Of a stretch of DNA of 64,000 bases, positions 50,845 to 64,000 are shown one piece after another. The translations under genes and the position numbers were made by a program. The notes beneath the pieces were generated by a model, which worked only from the letters and a program-made list of their open reading frames with translations, was not told the DNA's origin and searched no databases. This stretch comes from Cystobasidiomycetes sp. EMM_F5 (taxonomy: Eukaryota), in the NCBI GenBank assembly GCA_051047955.1, contig JBPGPT010000031.1:1-64000 (forward strand), written 5' to 3'. Numbering within the stretch: the first letter of the stretch is position 1; the number at the start of each line of letters is the position of its first letter.

Positions 50845-51002
50845 GGCGGCTTCAAGACTTCTGGTCGTCAAAGCAAAGGCAAGACGCGGAGCAGACGACG
50901 ATATGCGTAATCACTTAACGCACTTCTCTTATATCGGTACGGCAATGCTCATGCTTCCGGCCTCTCCACGGGGGATCTTCCCGACAGAATGCGCTCATTG
51001 GT

Positions 51003-51103
51003 CATTAGGATCCGGTTGTAATGCCATTCTAATCCAAATACTAATCATTACTAATGGGGTCTAATCAGGCATTAGCCCGCTTGTTAATCCCTGCTAACTA
51101 ATC
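51003..51103 (-). promoter_or_regulatory. Cluster of GATTAG/CATTAG motifs upstream of the MFS transporter
   Basis: CTAATC at 51029, 51041, 51061, 51098; CTAATG 51051; CATTAG 51003, 51070; TTAATC 51084; TATA-like element at ~50928-50934 (minus strand). Confidence 0.55.
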
Positions 51104-51428
51104 AAGCCTTAAATTGTAAGATGCGGCGGTTCGGTCGAAGAACATGTCCAATTCATCGGTTCGGCGCAGTCTGCGATAAAGCACATCCCAGACAGCGATA
51201 GACGGAGACGCGCTCGACATCTGCAGCTCCAAGATATCCAGCCGCGAACCGGGAAAGGTGTCGATAACGCAAGGCCCGCAACGTCCTACAGCGACACTTA
51301 GTCACATAGACACAGTTCAATGATTATGCTGAAACAGGCCTAGATTACTTCATACGTGAAAGACATACTTGACGTGACGCACACCGCCTTCCTCCTGCCT
51401 CTATATCTACAGCAAGCTCACTCGCACA

Positions 51429-54235
<2,807 letters not shown>

Positions 54236-54779
54236 TCCTGCGGCTGCTTTTGTTTGATGCTCAGCTGGTCATGAATGATATCCAGTGTTTGCACTCGTCG
54301 TCGCAGCTGGCTTTCAATATGTCGCCTCGAGAAAGAAAGAAAGAAGCAGCTTCAAAACACGCCGGATGCAAAGTAAAACAGCAAAGACGCGCGAAAAGCA
54401 AAGCGGAAGCTGGGCATTTGGTGCGACATCACAACACCCTACTAGCTAGCTGTACACCGAGTACCGCTGGGAAATACCGAGTATTGTCTGATTTCAACAA
54501 ACCCATCAAGACGCCTCGTCCGAGTTGTACGGAGATGCCAGAATAGAGCGTACTGGCCTTGACGGATATCGCTGGCCATGGACCATGCTTAGATGCAAGC
54601 ACAGCCAACGTCTCTGTGCATGCTCATTGCCAAATTGTGAAAGGCCATCCAATCCGCAGTTTTGTATTCCCCGCGTTATCAGGACTGATCGACAGATAAG
54701 ACGGGCCGCGCCAGTGTAGTAGATTGATGGAATGGAAGAATTTTCAAGGCAAGCGGGGAAGACTACTGACCACTACTAG

Positions 54780-57700
54780 TTACTCGTCGTCCAGGATGTT
54801 GCCAACCATGGCAGCCCGGCCATCGCACAGCGTCTCGCCCAGAGCGACCCTGGCAGCATGAGCTTGTCGCCAGACCGTCTCGAGCAACGGGCGCCCAGGA
54901 CGGCCTCGCGACACGAGCATGGCGCTGTTGATCTCTTCTGCCAATTCGTTCCGAGCTGACTGTGAGCACATCCGACCCATCTGCCCGCCAAGCGACGCTG
55001 GATCCGGGTAAGCAATGAGCGAAAAGACACTCTTGATGATCGCCTGCACTTCCGGACTTGATGTAGGACCTGAGTACAGCCCCGAAAGCTCCAAGCCATA
55101 CATGAGTACAGTATCCATGTCTACGCTTGGCCTTGTGCGATCGGGCAAAGGGTCTTGCACAGCAAGCCTGCCAAGTGTCGGTGATCCGTTTCTGGACGTT
55201 GATCCTGGTATCAGCGCGCTCGCGACGACATCGTCTTCTCCATCGATTTCGTCATCCTCTTCCATTGCGGTATCCTCAGAGGGAGGTCCGTCGCCATCTT
55301 CGCTACTTGAGAGCGATGCATCGAGAATGAGTTCAATGAATTTGCGACAGCGAAGCTTGAAGAGCAGATCGACGGACGCATCTGTCCGTACGCTTCCGTT
55401 TGCATTTCCGTTCACCCTCCTACCTGCCGTATTGTCAGAAGATTCGGCCGTTCTTGAGAGTACCGAAGGATAGTTATTCTCCAGCTCTGACAAGGCTGTA
55501 TCGACATCTCCAGTTCTAATGGCTGTACTGACGCGTCGCCTTCGAAGCGTGTCTAGAAGATCATTGTTCTCCCTCTCCAACTCTGCTGCCATCGCGTCAG
55601 AGTATGATTTTACTGGTTTGACGTCCGTAACCATCAGATCATCTCTCATTTGGCCGGCGCCTGACACAGTGCCCGGTGTTCGCAGGCCCGGTGTCGCATT
55701 TGCCGTACTCCTCTCGCTCATCTCCGCCGAATTGTGATGCGATGACTCGGGTGCCTCGCCAGATCCAGACATCACTGCATCTTCACCAGGCGTCTCTGGT
55801 GTGAGCGGTGTCGAATCCTGCTTCATCTCCTCCTTGCTGAGGGTCGTTCTGAGAGCACTTTTGAGCAGCTTGGCACCGCCGCCCGAAAGCGATGATGAGC
55901 CTTTACTAGCCTTCTTCTTGACCTTGCCCGTCGTGCTGCTCTTCGTTGGCGTTGCAGCCCCTCTACTGGCATCCATTGTATCATTGCCAGGTGTAGTCCC
56001 GGATTTTACCAAGAGACTGTTCCACGCCTCTTGCTGATTTTGTCGATCTCGACGAAACGCTTGGGCGGTGTCTGAGTATCCATGATGCGTGAGATAGGAA
56101 GAAACCAATTGTTGCATGGCTGATTGAAGCAGGAAATGGGACGACGAGAAGGACATTTCCGGATCGGGATCTTTGTCGTTTGTGGGTCGTGACCCGCTGC
56201 CTTCGGAGGTCGTGCCCGATGATAGCAAAACAGATGACTGAGCAGCAGCTGGTGCCAACATTGTCAAGACCGGCCGCGGTATCGGCCATGCCAACACGCT
56301 ATCTGTCATTTCCTGTTTCCTCCGCTGTGAAAGGGGGAATCAATGTAAGCTTTTGACCTACTTCTCTCGAGCTTCGATTGGTGAGAATGCATACCTTGAC
56401 AAAGCTCAGTATATCAAACTTGAAAGGATCTTGACCAAAGTTGAAGCGTACTCTCTCGCCGACAGTCTGTAAGCCAACGGTGGGGTAAAACTCGACTGGA
56501 CTGTCGAGCTCTGCTGCCCTGTCTCTCCTTCTTTGACTTTCAGATCGCCTCGCTTGACCATCCCCACTGGCATTCGGATGTGCAAGTACAGAAGACAGAT
56601 CAAAGACGTATCCCAACCAGTTGCCATTCTTGACGAAGAAGGCTTTCCGAGAAACAAAGTCGATACCGCAGCCGATGATATCACCAGAGCCAAACTTTGG
56701 ACCATACGGTTGCCCTTCGCCGCTGCAAGTGAAGGCCTTGCCGTCGTCGCCATGATAGCCGTACGAGTATTTAGGTTCCCAGCCTGAGCGCAATCTTCAG
56801 TACTATAGCCTGGCAGGTGGCGCAGAGCTGACTGGCAGGTGGCGCAGAGCTGACTGTCCTCACCGGGTAATCTCTCGACGTTTACATTTCGAGTACTGAA
56901 GCCGATGCCTATGTATCCCATCTGCCCGCGACTGACGACTTCCACTTCATAGTAGTACACACCTGCTTGTGGCGGTATAGGGTAGTCTGCTCGAACGGCT
57001 GCAGCGTTCTGTGGTGGCAGAGCAACAGTATGCAAGTCAGATGATGATGTATCGTCAAGTGCAGGGATAGTCATCTTCACCTTGTCTGGATCATGGCGAT
57101 TGAGCTCTGCAGAGATATACCTCTCAGTTATTGTCACATAATGAACGGGCCATAGCGTCTCACTTTCTCGCCCAAGTTCATCACGCTCTGGCATAAACTG
57201 CAGACCGTACCCGTCTTGCGCAATCAGAAGTCGCTTGCAGCATTGCTGCACATCGAGCCTGCTCGGCAGATGTACGCGCATCCGGGGCGCCCTCCCGGAG
57301 ACGGTGGTCGGCGCATTCGAATGCAGACCGTCGTCGCGGCCTTTGCCTTTATCGAGGCCGTTTGAGCCTGACGGTCTGGGCAAATGGTCAGCATGAGCAC
57401 CAGCCGCGACTGAACTCGATGGGTTAGTTTCGCGAGGACGGGACGGCGTCAGAGTACGAGTCTGGGAGGAAGGGAGGGATGATCCAACTACGAAGCAGTC
57501 TGCAAAGGCCGAGTGCTCGAGATATTGCGGGATGCTGAACCTGACGGGCTCCTGGATAACGGGGCCAGGAGCTGAGCTCGTCGAAGAACTGGCGGCAGGG
57601 TCGAGCAAGCCAGAGGACTTTGACGCCGAGTACGAGCCAACAGCTGGAGTCGCAGCTCGTGGACTTCTGCGCATGATCCAGCGACCGGCAGTCAGATTGA

Positions 57701-57842
57701 CGGCGGGGGATGTCGATATCGACGACGGCGACGAAGCTGACTCGCTGACATTGACGCGAGCTGACGGCGGGAGCAGGCTGCTGTGCGGTCCAGCTGATCC
57801 CGCAGGGCGACGTCCAGGCGAAGCTGACGGCCTGAATGCCAT
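54780..57842 (-). CDS. RanBPM/RANBP9-10/Gid1-like SPRY-LisH-CTLH-CRA protein (GID/CTLH E3 complex)
   Basis: SPRY (VYYYEVEV..GYIGIGF..LPGWE..SYGYHGDDG..YGPKFGSGDIIGCG..FYPTVGL..NFGQDPFKFDI), LisH (QQLVSSYLTHHGYSDTAQAF), CTLH, CRA (SLIAYPDP). Confidence 0.92.
56811..56854. repeat. Perfect 22-bp tandem duplication (tggcaggtggcgcagagctgac x2) in a RanBPM intron
   Basis: Read directly from sequence. Confidence 0.9.
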
Positions 57843-58005
57843 GTTCTGTGCTCGTGAAGCAAAAGTAAAAGAACCGGAAAAGCATGGCTTGATTGTGCTG
57901 AAACGCAGCGGACTCGAGGTGGAGCACATTCACAGTGACCACCGGTGCGGTTTCGTCTTTGCTGACGTCTGAAATGACAACGGTGCAGCTATCTCCCTGG
58001 ACCCC

Positions 58006-58965
58006 TCAACGCGCCAGGCAGAACATACTCATAAGCCCCGCGATGACCTGATTCAGATCTCGCTTTTCACGGCGTGCACTCGTCAGATGCTCGCCGTGTG
58101 GTCCGTAATGCCTCCTGGCTGCCGCGACCAGAGCATCCTGCAGGGCTGCTACTGCGAACGGCTGGATGGGTCTGCCGCGGCAACGCCTAAGTCGACTGAC
58201 TAATGCAGTCTCAGGGTGCCGTGGTGGTTCCACAAAGACTTGAGGTGGAGCTTGCTCTCCGCCCGGCGGTTGAATCTCTGGTGCAGCCTGGCCATTTCCA
58301 CCACCACCACCATTGCCACCAGCACTAGCACGACTGTGGTGGCTTGCGCTACGTCGATTTCTCGAATGGCTTGGCTGTTGAGCCTGACCTGCACCGTCGG
58401 TCTCGTCAAAGCGCACTTGCGAGCCTGGGCGGTTACGGGTACGACCTCTGGAAACACTCCGACTACCCGCTTGTTCTGCATAGATTCGCTGGTCCGCCGC
58501 CAGCCTCTGTCCGATCCAGCTTCTGGCGCCCGAATACTGTCTTCGCAAATCGTCAAGTATCATATCTGCACTTCTGCGCAAATCTATGAGATCCCCTTCG
58601 TACATGCGTGGAAGCAGGCCCCGAGCTGTCGATGCACAAAGCAAATTGAGGCGCATGTCGGTCGTCTGTACCGATTGCGCATCTCGGGTCCTTCGCAACT
58701 CTCTATCATACCACGCTGCCAATGACAGGTTGTTATACACGACGCGGGGACGGTCGACAATCTGTCGAAAATTCGCTGCCTCGTGGGAACCCCAGGAACG
58801 CGCTAGTACAGCCGGATTACCAAGAAGATATAGTGCATCTTGGATGAAGCCATGCCAATCAATAAGCATTCGTCGATCATCGTAAGCGAGGGGTTCGAGT
58901 ACCAAAACAAGTAACTGTCAATGCAACACCATATTCAGTATACCTTTTTAGTTTACCAACAACAT
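58006..58965 (-). CDS. Hypothetical protein (~300+ aa), no recognisable domain; 5' end uncertain
   Basis: 299-codon ORF preceded by a splice acceptor (ttgacag) and an intron from gtaaac ~58956; upstream frame stays open to ~59168. Confidence 0.55.
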
Positions 58966-59568
58966 CGACGGACGGATGCTGCCGTCGTATCTACATGTGT
59001 GGCGTTCCCCTGCCGTACGTACAAGGGAAGCTGCATCCGCCGAGCCCACTCGCCGGTGCTGAGGACGTCTGTGCGGATACCTGCTGACATTTATTTCGGG
59101 TTGCTGGCGCGAGTGATTATCGCACTGGCACAGCGACCAAGGTGGTATGCGAGAGCTGGTGCAATCTCAGTTCGCCCAACCAGATAATACCGAGCTTTGG
59201 CAGATTCAACCGTAAAGTTCTGCCACGCAGAGCTTCACAGTCCACTCGCATTACATCGCTTCTCATTGTTTCACAGCCTCTTCAACATCTGATCACCGCC
59301 ATAACTTTCCAGAATCGGAGCTCGACCGCGGCTGCTAGAACCTCATTCCAGGCACCGCCGAATCCGCACGCAGTCCTTTATGTGTTAATTGATGACATGA
59401 GCAACGGGACATGGACCATGAGCAGTGTACTGCGTGCTGACGAATACAGATGCCGTCATGATGACAGACGTTGCAAAGTTGACACCCAAGAAACAAATAA
59501 CATGGACAAGTTACCTTAGAGTGAAATACGTTGCTCATTCGCACGTACCGAGCGAATTGGAAGTAAGC

Positions 59569-60535
59569 TTATACGCCAGCAAGATGCTTCTGGAACCAGG
59601 CGAGTGCTTGCTTTTCCGCCTCTTCAGCCTGTCTGGTTTCCTTACTGTCTGGTTCTGCCTTGCTGGCCCTAATGGAGAAGCCGTGACCAGCCCCCTCGTA
59701 AATGACTACCTCTCCTCCTGGACTGTTCCTGCTTTCCAGTACCTGCTTTGCGATCGTGACCTGCTTGAGAGGCATCACAAAGTCGGCGTCTCCGATAGCT
59801 ACCGAAAGGGGCTTTGTTGCGGCCTCGAAATCGCCAGGTGCAGTGACGTTTGAAGGGTGAGCAGTGAAGGCGACGTCCACAAGCGACTTTCCGGATGCAG
59901 TCTTAGTATCCGCCTTGTCATGCGTGAGGTAAATGGCATGCAGACCTCCCCAGCAGAACCCAGCCACACCAACGGGAAGGGTTGCTCCTGGTCCTTCTTG
60001 GCGAAGTGATGTAAAGAATTGTACGACGCGTGGCCAGGCTACGCCGTATCTATTTCGTATCATGAATGGGATGAATTCCGCCGCTGCCTTGACACCGAGG
60101 AAGCTGGAGCGGATACTGGGCCGTCAATTATCCTGTGTCGGACGATACCGCTTGAAAGACCTTACATCGATGATGTCCAGGAAGCCTTCTTGTCAGTTGC
60201 GAGAGCCATATTCTTCATGCACTGAACGCTTGCAGCAGTGCCTGGTTTTCTCAAGTCAGACGGTTTGCATATGAAAGGGAATGATTCTTAAGCTTACCAT
60301 CCATGAAGTCGGGCAAGTACACCAGGTAGTCGCCACCGGTAGCATAGTGGTCCGCAAGGATTTGATTGTTGACAAAGTCAATACCAAACGCATCTGGGAT
60401 AATGACAATGATGCCTTTGGCCTTCTTTCCTGCTGGCGGTTCCGCAACGTACGTCCTCCGACCAAAGACTGTCTCAACCCTTCCCGTCGGCGATCCAGGA
60501 TTCACATGGCCAGCAAAGCACTGCGGGCAGGACAT
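59569..60535 (-). CDS. Dienelactone hydrolase family alpha/beta hydrolase (Aim2-like)
   Basis: MSCPQCFAG..PTGRVE, PDAFG, ADHYA..YLPDF, nucleophile GFCWGG, AHPS, GDAD, GAGHGFSIR; two introns. Confidence 0.93.
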
Positions 60536-61208
60536 TATGAAGTGTTCGTTTGGACGAAGGCAGACGGTTCGGACAGATCAAAGGCATCGCAACGCGTCCC
60601 TCCACGGATGCCGGCCTCCGATTATTTTGGATTGCGGGGCTCAACGCCATGTGCTGCTGCGGAGATATCGATAACGATAGACCTAGAATTTCGGGGGGCT
60701 CAATACTTAGCGAGATAGTTTCACTTCTTAAGAACCAGATACACCTCTCTGCTAAGCGAACTGGCGGACCGTTGCGATTTCGCCGTCTGAGAACCTCGTT
60801 GGCGCGAGCGGGGCATCGGCCCGCTCCGCCGCTTTGTTGTTCCTCAATGTATGGGTTGCAGAGAAGCGAGCAAGTCCACTTGCGCGAAGCTCTGATGCGA
60901 AGGCAGGAGATTGCGAAATTAGGGAAATAACGGGACAACGACGTTTGAAGCAAAAATATACGTGAACCGACAGGAAATAAAGGCAGTAAGGGTAGACGCG
61001 CTTATGTCCTGGCATGCACATAGGTATCCAGTCTTCAGGAGCCTGGAACGACAGAAAAGCTCGAGCTCATGCTACCAGGCCGGGAAGTCAGTAAACATGT
61101 ACACTGGGTGGCCGCGAATTAACGAAATCGGAAAAAAGGGTGCACACAAGCCACGTCTTTATTGTCGCTCTGACTGAACAGCTCTCCTCATATACTGATG
61201 TAGGTGGT

Positions 61209-63499
61209 TTAGACGACACTTGTGGCTAGATTGATCACGAACTCTGCTGACGCATTACGGAAATTGTCGGTGATAACGACAGCTGATGTTGATGAACGTC
61301 AGTATCATCATGTGTATGTTCCTGTCGCAGGAAGAGGACTTACTGTTGTTGTCCTGCAACTGCAAGGCTTGGCTATTGGAGCCGTACGACGGCCACATTG
61401 TCGCGTTTGTGCCAGACCCGTTATTAGGGTTTCCGGTGTTGACAAAGTTGATAATGTAGCTTTGGTACTGGCTGGTGAGGGTAATGTCCGCAGGACGCTG
61501 ACTCATCGGGTTGCGGACAGTCTGATTCATGATCCCAAAGGCCTGGACAGAGTTCATGAGCTCAGATATCCGGAACAGTGGTAAAGGCTCACGAATGGAA
61601 TCTCGTAGAAGTGTGAAACACCGAGCTCAGCCGTGCCATTCTGCGGAACTTGCGTGAAATGGTATCGGTAGGTAGGGAGACCGAGCGCGGCCCTCTGGCG
61701 GGCGAAGTACCTTGTCCCGGCATTGATGCCCTCGCTATGCATGTCCATTAGCTTGTGCTGTATTCATGCACTTTGGCGTATATGTCCATGCTTACGTATA
61801 AAGCCAGTTTATGCGCTTGTCTTGTGCTCCGGTCGGAAGGGTCAAATTACCGGTGTCGAAGGGACAGCCTTGACTGATATTGTTAGGGAACACAGCTTGA
61901 AGTTGCGTCAGGCTGCTGCTTGTAAGCGTAATAGCAGAGAAAGCTCCTTGTGCAGCGGCTACGAATTGAGTGTCGTTCTGAATGCCAACGGGCGTGCCAA
62001 TGCCTGTGTGATGTGTAAGTCTCGGATGAAGAAAAGCTGATGTGGATAATTATACCTGATGTTCCCTCGTCTTTGTTTGATCCAATGATCATAGGAAGTT
62101 TGACAAACTTGTTTTGCTTCATCAAAGAAATGTAGTCGCTTTGGATGAAATCTCCATCGGGAACGAGAGCCGGTGGTGTGCCATTTGCAGCCGTATAAAT
62201 AGTATTGAAGTCCAATCGCCTCAGGCAGGCGAGGTCATCGGTACAGTTTGTATTACTGAGGACTGCGGTGCAACTTGGTCAAATCAGATCGATGAGCGAC
62301 AAATGCATGATGACCCACAAGTGTTCCATGAAGCTTGTCGGTTAGCCAGCGTCGTATTCACTTGCGTAAGGAAGACTCCAGAATCGACGATGCTCGAGCG
62401 AAAGAGTCCATCGTCGCGGCCACCAACTGTGCGGTTCATAAAGCAGCACGCAGACGTCAAATTTCAGTCGGGGAAACGGAAGACAGACACCCACAGGCTA
62501 GGTTTTGAAGAACGACAGACTGTTTTAAATGTCATTTGCAATGTGGAAATCGGAAATTTAGCCAAGCATACAATTTGTTACAAAACACTGTCAAAGACAA
62601 CGCACCTGTCCACCAGCACTCTGACCCCAGATCGATACAGCCTTAGCGTCACCTCCAAAGGCCGCAATGTTCTCTTGAACCCAGCCCAAGGCAAGACGCT
62701 GGTCCCGCAATCCAAGATTCAGATTCCCAGAACTATTTGCAGCTTGACCAGCAGGGAAGCCGAAAGCAGACACACGATAGCTGTGTAGAATTGCGCTGTG
62801 TTTAGCTTGGCACACCTCTCTGCGAAAGATATCGAACTGACTTTATGTTAACGAAAATGATTGGCGTTCCCATTTGGACGGACTTCTGAACGATGTATGA
62901 TCCGTTGTAACGTGGGTCGGCGCCCGTCCCCTGAGTGAAAGCACCGCCAAATCTACGTGGATGCGCGTCAGACCCTGTTTTCCAGTTCATTTGCTATCCG
63001 GAATATGGACCTACATCCAAAAAAGCACGGGCAGCGAAGCATTTGCACTGACATTAGCCGGACGCCAGACTGAGGTAAGCAACGCAGCCCTTTAGCAGTG
63101 AACAGTGTATCTCTGCGCTGATTCGTGCTGACCATTGATGTTTAGGCAATCTTCCGAAATATTGTAAAATTGATTATATGCCGGATTTGCGTACGAAGAG
63201 ATGCCATAGCCAGGGCAGACATTTCCCGGCACAGTGGCATCGAAAACGCCCGTAAAAGATGTATTTAATGAACGAGGTCTGGCGAATCGGCCTTGTCCGC
63301 CAGTAGTTTGCGCATAAGGCAGTCCCAGAAATTGGTGGACGTTGAGTCCGGGCAAAAGAGAGCCTCTCGCAGTACCATTGCGAACAGTTACAGTGATATT
63401 GGAAGCCGATGGACCTTGTTGCCGAGAAGCGAGAGGAGACGACGCCACTGGGTTAGCAGAGGCTGCCAACAAGAATGCTGCTGCTGCGACGAGATGCAT
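61209..63499 (-). CDS. Secreted type-B carboxylesterase/lipase
   Basis: Signal peptide; FLGLPYA; SEDCLNIN; WIFGGAF; NLGLRDQRLALGWVQENIAAFGGD; WGQSAG (Ser); GSNKDEGT (Glu); GVSHFYEIPFV (His). Confidence 0.94.
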
Positions 63500-64000
63500 G
63501 ATAGACGATGGGTATCAGATGTGCGACAAGGCATTCAAATGTCAGAAAAGAAAGAAAAGAACGGAATTGCATGCGTGACCCCGCGAGATCCGAAGAAGCC
63601 GAGCGGGAGCTCCGCCATGACCAATGAAGAAAAAGATCTTCCTAATACGCAATGCTGCTGTAAACGTTTACACGACAGTCGATGCTTTGCGGACAGTATT
63701 CGGGAAAGCTTACAGCTCTTTAGGGGTGGGTGGTGCGTACTTCTAATAATATCGGCTTTCTTGAGGAAACACGGCCCGCTATGCCGCCAGATTTATTCCC
63801 CGCCTTCTCGATGGCCCCTTTCGCCGATATAGTCTTTTCCCCCTTTTCGTTACGGAGAGGCCAGCAAGTTCACTTGCGCGAAGGTACGATGCGAAGGCAG
63901 GGGATTGCGAGTATGGTACAACAACGAGGGAAACAAGAGAATGAAACAACGATGTTCAGAGCCAAAGTATAAGTGCATCAACAGGAAATGGGACATTAAG

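Noticed and set aside
59569..63499. Dienelactone hydrolase plus carboxylesterase as a catabolic or secondary-metabolite cluster
   Set aside because: Both are common multi-copy families, one cytosolic and one secreted; no backbone enzyme or regulator in the window (region beyond 64 kb not visible)

Overview
Gene-dense, intron-rich fungal chromosome segment. It is most likely a basidiomycete (Pucciniomycotina-type yeast), inferred from 55-70 nt GT-AG introns with CTRAC branch points and from gene content. I see no prokaryotic features, transposons, CRISPR arrays or RNA genes. About 29 protein-coding genes can be reconstructed by hand-splicing. In order: a secreted 3x12-Cys repeat protein, complex I ESSS/NDUFB11, WDR8/WRAP73, kinesin-5, DUG3, an SH3BGR-like protein, an SVIP-like p97 adaptor, a catalytically degenerate rhamnogalacturonan-acetylesterase-like SGNH protein, SAC1, ChaC/GCG1, NSE4, a Ser/Thr-rich single-pass membrane protein, SSN3/CDK8, UBR1, SPT5, a PTC6-like PP2C, REC8, PLAC8, two weak orphans, a GST, an INO80E/Iec3-like coiled-coil protein, an ACS-family MFS transporter, SKY1/SRPK, RanBPM/GID1, another orphan, a dienelactone hydrolase and a secreted carboxylesterase. 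The most notable observations are these. (1) A secreted SGNH pseudo-enzyme has lost both catalytic Ser and His and carries a ~170-aa Ser-rich insert inside the fold. (2) DUG3 and the SH3BGR-like gene have start codons only 23 nt apart, head-to-head. (3) A small, hidden, lipid-anchored protein carries an SHP box plus a VIM-like p97/Cdc48-binding motif. (4) A secreted protein is built from three copies of an unrecognised 12-Cys module. (5) WDR8 sits head-to-head with kinesin-5. Micro-exons (4-16 nt), two GC-AG introns and a GATTAG cluster are also present. All family calls come from motif recognition, not from database searches.
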